A DNA stretch of 64,000 nt, taken from positions 28,024,001-28,088,000 of the forward strand of contig OX597816.1 of NCBI GenBank assembly GCA_951406725.2. Direction: 5' to 3'. This document shows, piece after piece, positions 51,631 to 64,000 of the stretch. The DNA comes from Octopus vulgaris. Its lineage: Eukaryota. Within the stretch, counting starts at the first letter, position 1; each line of letters opens with the position of its first letter. The position numbers and the translations under genes are program-made. The notes below the pieces were generated by a model. It did no database searches. It had not been told where the DNA came from and saw only the letters and a program-made list of their open reading frames with translations.

Positions 51631-51926
51631 CTTGACAGTTAAATCTTGCTACATGTCTCCCCATAAACCGTATATCACAATCTTAAGGATGCAAACGTAA
51701 TCTAGCAATCCTAAGATCAATGTGACCAAGTATCAAAGAAGTTCTGCCATTAATATCTGCACGTTTTGCAAGTAAAATATGATTGAACTTGTTCTATATA
51801 CGCCAAATTTGAGTTAGTGAAATTATACCATCACATTAGTCTATTTCTGCTTTATTCTTTTACCATTTTTTACATTCTTCTTATTCTCTGACTGATGCAT
51901 CGCTTTCCTGCCTGAGTTATGGTGCG

Positions 51927-52620
<694 letters not shown>

Positions 52621-52844
52621 CCTTTATCTATCAGTTTGTCTGTCTGTGAATCTCTTTGTCTTATTTCTTCTCCCCGACCATCACTTTCTACCGTACTCCC
52701 AATACAAACCAAACTACAGATCAGCAAATTTACCTAATTATGAAATACATATCAATCCTTACCCCTGCCACCATAATACCCACACCAGGTATCTTTCCGA
52801 ATTGTGCCAACTATCACCACCAAAAAGCAGCAGTAGAAACTTCT

Positions 52845-53389
52845 TCATCGACATCATCACCATCATCGTCGTTGTCATGTTCAACATCGTAATCACCATC
52901 ATGATCATTATCATCTTCATCATGATCGTCATCATGATTGTCATCATTATCTTCATGATGGTAACGATGATTAATATGATGATGATGATGATGATGATAT
53001 GATGATGATGTTCATCATCATCATTATCATCTTAGTCGTTGCTACCACTGCCATTTTCCTCCCCGCCAACTTCGCCTCATCGACATCCTCATTCTCCTCC
53101 TCCTCCTCCCCCTGGCTATTTTTTTCATTATACTTGGATCATCCCAATTCTCATCCATTATGTTAATGACCATCATTATCATATTACTTCCTACAAGTCT
53201 GATGAACATCTCATGCTATGTATCATTACGGCCATTACAATGGTTTGGTTGTAGTATTCCTCTTCTAACCCATCTGCTCCTCCTCCTCATGATCATGATC
53301 ATCGTCGTCGTCATCATCATCATCATCACCATCACCGTCATCATCATCATCATCACCGTCATCATCATCATCATCATCACCACCTTCAC

Positions 53390-53452
<63 letters not shown>

Positions 53453-53894
53453 TATCATCATCATCATCATCATCATCACCATCATCATCGGTATTAAGAA
53501 CGGCATTAGCAGCGTCAGCAGCAGCTGTTTAAGTAGTGGTACCTGCATCATAAATCCCCATTATTATGGTTGTTATCATTATCACGATGATTATTTTTAT
53601 AATTGTGCTGACAATTATGATCATGATTTCAATAGTAATGACTACGACGACGTCGACGATGACGATGATGACGATGATTATGGTGATGATGATGAAGAAG
53701 AAGAAGAAGAAGAAGAAGAAGAAGAAGAAGAAGGAGAAGAAGAAGAAGAAGTAGAAGAAGGAGAAAAGAAGAAGAAGAAGTAGAAGAAGGAGAAGTAGAA
53801 GAAGAAGAAGTTGAAGAAGAAGAAGAAGAAGAAGAAGAAGAAGAAGAAGAAGAAGAAGAAGAAGAAGAAGAAGAAGAAGAAGAAGAAGAAGAAG

Positions 53895-53925
<31 letters not shown>
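52845..53925. repeat. (CAT)n/(GAT)n/(GAA)n low-complexity block
   Basis: Trinucleotide repeats; explains poly-I, poly-E and poly-L ORFs. Confidence 0.92.
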
Positions 53926-54482
53926 GATAACAATGATTATTCTTTACCTCATCATCATTTTGCTCATCAGCTTTATATCATATCGTATTTATTTTTCTCT
54001 GTTCTAGCAAATTCCCAGCACAATCATAGCAACGTACATTTATCGTTTCCCACGATTACTGTAACACTATTTTTGTAGTTATCCATCACTGCTATCGCTA
54101 AAGCACTTCACTAGTTATGTAACGTTATAATAGACATTGGCATTTATTATAGTCTACCATACTTTTGATATAGTCCATCCCCACTAATAACAGCAATTAT
54201 GGTACTATACTGTTCCACCAAAGTAAATTGCTCGACTTAAGTTACCCACAAAAAATATAGCCCCCTTCCCAAAATGATTTTCGTAAGAATCCTGTATCAT
54301 GATACAAAATAATAAAAAAAATTACTTAAAAAGTATCAATATAAGGCAAAACGTTTCAAAAAGCATAATGACCTCAGTCTTAATAGAACTACGTCGTTAA
54401 GGAATCTCACGTGTGCGTGGGAATTTAAAGAATTTTAGGCCAAACTTTTACAACAGAATTCAATGTTTGTTATCTATACTTT

Positions 54483-54895
54483 AGGCGAAGAAGTGGCTGT
54501 GTAGTAAGTAGCTTGCTTACCAACCACATGGCTCCGGGTTCATTCCCACTGCGTGGCATCTTGGGCAAGTGTCTTCTACTATAGCCTCGGGCCTACCAAA
54601 GCCTTGTGAGTGAATTTGGTAGACGGAATCTGGAAGAAGACCGTCGTATATATGTATATATATATGTATGTATATGTTTGTGTGTCTGTGTTTGTCCCCC
54701 CACCATTGCTTGACAACCGATGGTGGTGTGTTTACGTCCCTGCCACTTAGCGGTTCAGCAAAAGAGACTGATAGAATAAGTACTAGGCTTACAAGGAATA
54801 AGTCATGGGGTTGATTTACTAGACTAGAATGCGGTGTTCCAGCATGGCCGCAGTCAAATGAATGAAACAAGTAAAAGAGTAAAAGAGTAAAAGAG
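54483..54895 (+). mobile_element. SINE group B, full length
   Basis: GGCGAAGAAGTGGCTGTGTAG...GGGTTCATTCCC...TTGGGCAAGT...CAGCATGGCCGCAGTC...(GTAAAAGA)3 tail. Confidence 0.9.
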
Positions 54896-55318
54896 AGTAG
54901 TGGATCTGAGCAAGTTGATGTAGTAGAATCATCAGCTGTCTTCCTCAGCATTACCAACCAAATGTCCGGGGAAAAGAAGAAATCTAGACACACAATGTCT
55001 GGAACGAAAGGGATGGAATGCTCTAGAATATAGGTCTTCTTGATCGGAAATGACCTGGTGATAAACAACAGCGGAAGCAAACGAGGAAGCCTTTATGCGG
55101 CTGAGCAAATTACAAAAAGTAGCAGTCGCATCGTCTTCAGTTATCACTGTACCGTCTTAAAAAATGTGAGGTGCATGTTAAGTAATGTATTCCTCGACAC
55201 ATTATAATTTAAAAGAAAAGAATTGCCACATCTGGGCCCCTGTTGACTATCGGTTGACTCGATTAGGCGAAACCCAGTGGAATATCGAGAGTAATCAACA
55301 CCGTTTATTCTCTATCGT

Positions 55319-55522
55319 CACGTTGTGTGAGTGTCATGTATGCAAGCCACGTTTTATGCGAACCATTTTCTGTGCAAGACACATTATGTACCGCACACAT
55401 TGGCTGTAAACCACTCTGAGTATAAGCCATGATGTGTGCAAGGCACTTTATCTCCTTACCACGTTATATGCAAGCCACGTACAAGTCATGCTGTGTGCAA
55501 GTCACGTTGTGTGCAAGCCATT
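55319..55522. repeat. degenerate ~16-bp minisatellite (CACGTTGTGTGCAAGC-like)
   Basis: Recurrent TGCAAG(C/T/A/G)CA(C/T) motifs. Confidence 0.55.
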
Positions 55523-56784
55523 TCCCTACTAAACATCACATAACATAATTTAAACGTTTGAATTTGATTCAACATTACAGGTTGCTGTTGTTGTTGTTGT
55601 TGTTCCCGTAGTCGTTGTAGTTGTTCTTTTTTATTCGCTGGTCAGACCTAATCGAGCAAACCTATCATTAAAACCGTTCCAGCCGCATCTTATCCGTCTT
55701 TGATTTGTGCAAAATCTATCGAATTCTGTGTAATCTACACTCTTTGTTTTTTTGTTTAAAGGTGTGAGCAGAAAGAGATTTTGGCTACTAATTAGAACAG
55801 ATCGAGTGACCACAAGCTCTTTCATCAGATATTAGACACACTTTTACAATGTTATAAATAATATATATTGCAGTATAACGCTACCGCTTCATAAATATAC
55901 ATAAAATGTATAGCAATATATTCACACACAAATGAATATACCACTCGATATCCCCACCCCGCTCAGCGTAGTCCTTCATTATTCCGGATCAAACGACACT
56001 TTATTAAATTCGAGCATTCAGGAAGTAAAGTTGCATAAAATTTACATACATACATAGATGCACTAATGCTTACTTTCATACATAAACGCGCATACATCTA
56101 CACGTGTATAAAAGACATGCATGTATATGCGTTGATATGATTAGGTTTATGCGTGGGTATATGTATTTAATATACCGATACCTAACATTTAGAGATATTT
56201 GAAATTCTTCCAAAAGATAAAGACAACTTCAGCATTTAACCTTCTAACACTTTCCTGCGTCATTCAATTACGTCAGGAATTTTAATATCACCTTTGAATG
56301 GATTCCTGGCTATTAAGCTTCTTACCAAAGTTCATCCATATTATCAGAGATTCGCATTAAAGGTGAGCTTTGATTCAATTTAATTGCGAATTTTCACAGA
56401 TATATAATCAATATGCATTGGATTTTTCTTATCTGATTGGAGTGCTTTGAGGATACACGGTCTGAATTTTTACTGGAGCTACTAAATACACAGTATTTGA
56501 GAAATGAGAAAAAAAAAAAAGAAAAAGAAAAAGAAAGACAAAAAAAACAAAAAACAAAAACATGAATGATATATCCGAGATAATAATTATTTCTAGAGAC
56601 TTTTAAGTTAAGGGAGCATGAGATAAAAACATCTAGGATATTCTAAACTATATCAATGTTATTAGCCAAAGTGATGTGTTTATTAAATCTTCTTTATTTG
56701 ATTTATATGTTGCCTTATTTTTGGTTGTTATTCGCTTCTGTGTCTAAATGAATTCCCAAATAGAAAGAAAATTTTAATAATTTG

Positions 56785-57340
<556 letters not shown>

Positions 57341-57484
57341 GTGTGTGTGTGTGTGTGTGTGTATAAACACAAGCATACGCATAGATGCACACATATGAAG
57401 GAATATAAAAGAAATTAAAATAGATAATACAGAATGTTAATAAAATATATTCCCACCATCACCACCACCACCACCATCACCACA

Positions 57485-57515
<31 letters not shown>

Positions 57516-57530
57516 CCACCAACACCACCG

Positions 57531-57585
<55 letters not shown>

Positions 57586-57924
57586 AATTACTTCGCACAT
57601 TTATTTTGCAGGGAGGTTATCTAAATATCTCCTATCCATGATATCCTTTTTGAATACCCCAATACTGGTTAACCATGGTCTTATTGGTTTTATTAAATAG
57701 TATTGATATCACAACTTCCCCTTTCCTTCTCTATGATTTAAGATTTTACTTTCCATAATGAATATGCTCTCTTTCAAGCCTCAACTATTTTATAATCCCT
57801 TTCGCTCTACTGTTTTCATTTTAGTTACTCTTTCAATTATCATCTTTCTCTTTCTTTCATTCTTGTTCCTGACTCTCCTTCTCACCCACATTCTTTCTTA
57901 TTTCCTCTTATCATTACTGAGTTA

Positions 57925-58760
57925 GGTAGCAATGTATGCCATCTAAGTGACACAGTGGTACGCACATACGAAGCCCAATATACCCATCATGGCTACCCTT
58001 CTGATAAGGGAACACCAGGCACATGCATCACAACATTATGTGCGTGACTTGGTGGTCTCATATCAAAATAAACTGCGCATGAGCTTGCAGGTGGGACTCT
58101 CAGTTAGAATTTTATTCATGTCGAATAGCCCATCCCAATCGAAAGTTCACTGAATAAGGTTTGTTCAAATATAATAAAGGAAACACCAACGTTTCCTTGG
58201 TACCTCTGCACTTACACTTTCTACTCATGTGGCATATTTTGTCCAGATCTCCGTGCATTGACTCTGCACGGATATCAGCGTGTAATTGTCTACCGTTTTG
58301 CTTTTTTCGAAGTTTTTCAAGCACAGCACTGTCTTACCCATGGTCAACCACTCTAGTGTTACTTGGCTGGCATTTAACAAGGTGTTGAGTTGTGCAGCTA
58401 TTCGTGCATGGCATTCATACATATGTTGTCGGTATTCCCTAATATGAGCACCATTTCGTCTAGAGGGGTGCTCAAGTAGTAACACTCCATGACCACAGCA
58501 TCGACTTGTTTCTTCCTCCTACGCCGTGTGTGCGGGTCCATTGCTGGATAACGACAGGCTGGAACCGGACCAGTATCTCTGAGCCTGCTGGGTGCAACAT
58601 TATCACCATCAAGGGCTTCAGTTTCATTACCACTGTTATTCACAATTTTTTGTTTTTTAATCGTTATTAATATGAGATAGCGATTATCAGGTTGCGCAAG
58701 TACCAGTGTTTTTTGTGACAACACTAGATGTATCATCGATCAGGGCATGGGGAGATTCTT
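57925..58760 (-). mobile_element. internally deleted R4/Dong-like non-LTR element (5' region + RT fragment + 3' region)
   Basis: VMECYYLSTP...REYRQHMY (N-terminal motif of this group), LTMGKTVLCLKN...VDNY and RKCKCRGTK (RT); 57930-58195 is homologous to 58890-59155. Confidence 0.7.
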
Positions 58761-58814
58761 TTCATCGTAATCATCATCGTTATTATTATTATTATTACTA
58801 TTTTTATTATTGTT

Positions 58815-58864
<50 letters not shown>

Positions 58865-58880
58865 TATTACTATTATTATT

Positions 58881-60050
<1,170 letters not shown>

Positions 60051-60436
60051 CATTTTTTTTACTATTTGTCATTGTTAATATTCCCTCTGATCTGACAGGA
60101 GGTTTGGCTAATTGTCATTAACACTTTCGTGTTAGAACTAGACTCAGGGGTCTTATATATTTAGCGTATACAGTTTGATAGAGCACCGCTTCTGTAATTA
60201 TAAACAAACAATTGTAATCAAACGAGACAAAGAAATACACAAAAGACTAATATCCATCCTTATTTTTACGTGGTGGGGGTCACATATTTGTTTCATGCCG
60301 TGTTTGTGTGTGTGGGGATAGATGTACGTATGTTTAATGCTTTTGTGATGAATAATGACTACTCTTTGCCGTTTGTGTTTATTCGATTCCATTATGTGTG
60401 CGCGCTTGTTTATACATTACTTAATGTTATTTTGAA

Positions 60437-60501
<65 letters not shown>

Positions 60502-60515
60502 CATCATCATCATCA

Positions 60516-60563
<48 letters not shown>

Positions 60564-60608
60564 CTATTATTATTATTATTATCATCATTATTATTATTAT
60601 TATTATTA

Positions 60609-60802
60609 CCTTTTTTTCCTTCCTTCAAATTTGCTTCCATTTCTTGCAGAGAGTCTTCCCGACTCCTCGAGCAAAGAAACTCATAGTATACATTGGTAGG
60701 CCATTAAACCAAACTCAGTAGTTCGTTCATTTTTTTTTTTTTTTTAAAGTTAAATTAAAATACATGAGCAGCAACAGTTCTCACATTGACAATGCTCTTC
60801 TC
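60609..60802 (-). mobile_element. RLE element 3' UTR, copy 1 (family 3)
   Basis: Near-identical to 61392-61584 and 61656-61860; bounded by (TAA)n. Confidence 0.85.
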
Positions 60803-60838
<36 letters not shown>

Positions 60839-60866
60839 TATTATTATTATTATTATTATTATTATG

Positions 60867-60937
<71 letters not shown>

Positions 60938-60939
<2 letters not shown>

Positions 60940-61290
60940 TATGCTTGACTTTTGTTTTATATTTGTACAAGTCGGCTCCAAGTCTCACCCAGAGACCTCA
61001 AGAGACAACAGGTAGAAAGTTCGTGTTGTTGTTAGGCCTAGTAAGCCATATATTTGGTTTTGTATTTAGTGTTGTACTAGTGAATGTCTAAAAGAATAAA
61101 TAAAAAAAAACATACGAAAATTATGTTTTTTTTTAAAACTTGAGATTACATAGAAAGTATTTTGCGTAGGATATGAGCAGTTCCCATATGAGCACTATCT
61201 TTTGAATTTCTGCCATATTGGGGTTTCCTGGTATCTGAGTTAGGTAGCAATCAGCCCCTTTTGTTATCATTCCCAGGGTACCTATGACAT
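60938..61290 (-). mobile_element. RLE element 3' fragment (family 4)
   Basis: VIGTLGMITKGADCYLTQIPGNPNMAEIQKIVL.GTAHILRKILSM*, followed by a distinct 3' UTR ending in (AAT)n. Confidence 0.82.
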
Positions 61291-61325
61291 TATCATTTTT
61301 TTAATTATTATTATTATTATTATTA

Positions 61326-61391
<66 letters not shown>

Positions 61392-61392
<1 letters not shown>

Positions 61393-61584
61393 TTTTTTTC
61401 TTCTTTCAAATTTGCTTCCATTTCTTGCCGAGTGTCTTCCCGACTCCTAGGGCAAAGAAACTCATAGTATACATTGGTAGGCCATTAAACCAAACTCAGT
61501 AGTTCGTTCATTTTTTTTCTTTTTTTTAAAGTTAAATTAAAATACATGAGCAGCAACAGTTCTCACATTGACAATGCTCTTCTC
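61392..61584 (-). mobile_element. RLE element 3' UTR, copy 2 (family 3)
   Basis: Same ends as copy 1. Confidence 0.85.
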
Positions 61585-61588
61585 AATA

Positions 61589-62162
<574 letters not shown>

Positions 62163-62165
62163 CCG

Positions 62166-62500
62166 TGAAGGCGTATGGCTCTGTGGTTAGAGCATAGCAT
62201 CGAGCTTACGATCCTGAGGTTGTGAGTTCGATTCCCGGACCGGGCTGAGTGTTGCGTTATTGAGCAAGACACTTTATTTCACATTGCTACAGTTAACTCA
62301 GCTGTAGAAATGAGTTGCGACATCACTGGTACCAAACTGTATCGGCCTTTGCCTTTCCTTTGGATAACATAAGTGATGTGGAGAGGGGAGGCTGGTATTT
62401 GTGGGCGACTGCTGGCCTTCCATAAACAACCTTACCAGGACTTGTGCCTTGGAGGGTAACTTGCTAGGTGGAATGGTCATTCATGACCGAAGGAGGTCTC
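62166..62500 (+). mobile_element. tRNA SINE (CORE-like body Y + tail T3)
   Basis: GAAGGCGTATGGCTCTGTGG...GAGTTCGATTCCC...TTGAGCAAGACACTTTATTTCAC...CTCAGCTGTAGAAATGAGT. Confidence 0.78.
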
Positions 62501-62509
62501 CATTATTAT

Positions 62510-62650
62510 CTAAATTCCGCTGAGGATGTTTTTGCCTTTCATTCATTCGGGGTCGATAAGTGAATTACTAGTGAAACCCTGCGGTCGATGTAATCGACTA
62601 GTCCCCTCTCCCCTACAATTCCAGACCCTGTACCCATAGTAGAAAAGATT
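62510..62650 (+). mobile_element. SINE group C 3' fragment
   Basis: AAATTCCGC...GCCTTTCATTCATTCGGGGTCGATAA...GTCGATGTAATCGACT. Confidence 0.7.
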
Positions 62651-62671
62651 ATTATTATTATTATTATTGTT

Positions 62672-62729
<58 letters not shown>

Positions 62730-62731
62730 AC

Positions 62732-62805
<74 letters not shown>

Positions 62806-63411
62806 TCTTGTTATGATTGTCATTTGCATTTAATTTCTCTCCCCTATTCTTTCTCCTCATGCATCTCACAGTTACTCATCGTTGCTATAGTTAACTCTTT
62901 CATCTCCATATATTTAACTAACTGACATTATCCAACTCTTCAGATTTATATCCAGGCACCTTTCTACCATCTCGTCTCTACCCCCCCTTTTTAATCTTCT
63001 TCCAAGTCGATCTGTAATTTTATCATCCTATCTCCTTCCTATCTCCTAACAAACCTCAACTTCATCCGCTCCTCTCCTTCCGCTCCGATTCTTTCTTCCT
63101 TAACTCATCGACCTTATTCTATTTTCTCTCGAACACAGCTACCTTAATCTCTCTCCTCTCCCTAACAGCTTCCTAGAACACACTCCCCAGTATCTTATAC
63201 TTTCTCAGTGTTACCTTCGTTATAAATAGATGAGAAATATGACAATGTTGACTTGCCTTCTACCACTTCTATGTTCCCCATATTCGAATTTCCAGGTTCT
63301 TATATTTATGTAACTTCTTTTTTATGAATCGGTCTCTAACCAGTTCCTTTATCGTGTGAATTGATATATGCATACTTGCACACTCACACATAGTGATGCA
63401 TAAGAAGGTGT

Positions 63412-63521
<110 letters not shown>

Positions 63522-63744
63522 CTCTGGACAGACAGACGCAAGTCAAATGGGCTCCACGTAAGTTGGTATTTTTGTACGTTAAAAAGTGTATATTGACAAA
63601 TATTTTGTGTTTAAAAGTTGTGCAACAACATCCACTGCAAACCGTTGATAAATATCTACACAAAATTTTGCCCCTTGTGGGCAAAATTTAAAAGAAAAAA
63701 TTCTAATAGCCTTCGTGGTTTCATTTAGCCATTTTATTTCCAAA

Positions 63745-64000
63745 ATGGCCACTGGTCACCACGAGGCTGAGGTGCAAGTCAAGCGTGACGCAGAGACAGA
63801 AAAACAGGATGCTCTGTTAGCATACGCTGAACCTGACAACACCACCTCCACCACCATCAACATCGACAACAGCAACAAATACAAAACAAAGGTCGCAAGG
63901 CCAAGCACCGTCAACACCATCAGTGAGTCCACCACCACCAACCCCGACAACAACACCATGGCAGAATCTGCTACTAAAACTGCTATCCCTACTAAAGTCA
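63745..64000 (+). CDS. open frame running off the window end, Thr/Asn-rich, product unknown (possibly a retroelement ORF1 or an exon)
   Basis: CAAAATGG start context; 85 codons without a stop: MATGHHEAEVQVKRDAETEKQDALLAYAEPDNTTSTTINIDN...TAIPTKV; GC content rises here. Confidence 0.3.
   Translation, partial: MATGHHEAEVQVKRDAETEKQDALLAYAEPDNTTSTTINIDNSNKYKTKVARPSTVNTISESTTTNPDNNTMAESATKTAIPTKV

Noticed and set aside
54900-55150. Purine-rich segment that might be a LINE endonuclease fragment
   Set aside because: No motif could be matched with confidence.

Overview
AT-rich, very microsatellite-rich eukaryotic DNA that is intronic or intergenic in character. The SINE families resemble those I recall from octopus/coleoid cephalopod genomes; that assignment is an inference. 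No intact protein-coding gene is supported. Nearly all ORFs in the track are translations of (TA)n, (CA)n, (TCTA)n, (ATT)n or (CAT)n repeats, or of decayed transposons. The window holds three abundant tRNA-derived SINE groups, decayed mariner and Tc1 transposons, MITEs, two APE-type LINE remnants, and several restriction-like-endonuclease (R4/Dong-like) non-LTR fragments nested in microsatellites. Highlights: (1) at least six loci of short Penelope-type repeats with type-I minimal hammerhead ribozyme architecture, one with a G3-C8 swapped core inside a 120-bp inverted repeat; (2) a strong minus-strand recursive-splice-site motif (pyrimidine tract-CAG|GTAAGT) at 36787/36786, plus candidate minus-strand microexons; (3) co-oriented clusters of RLE retroelements in (TAA)n arrays, a second family tied to (CATA)n, and internally deleted derivatives; (4) SINE multimers sharing one palindromic junction; (5) a locally templated ~158-bp insertion. 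All calls were made by eye and boundaries are approximate unless TSDs are quoted.
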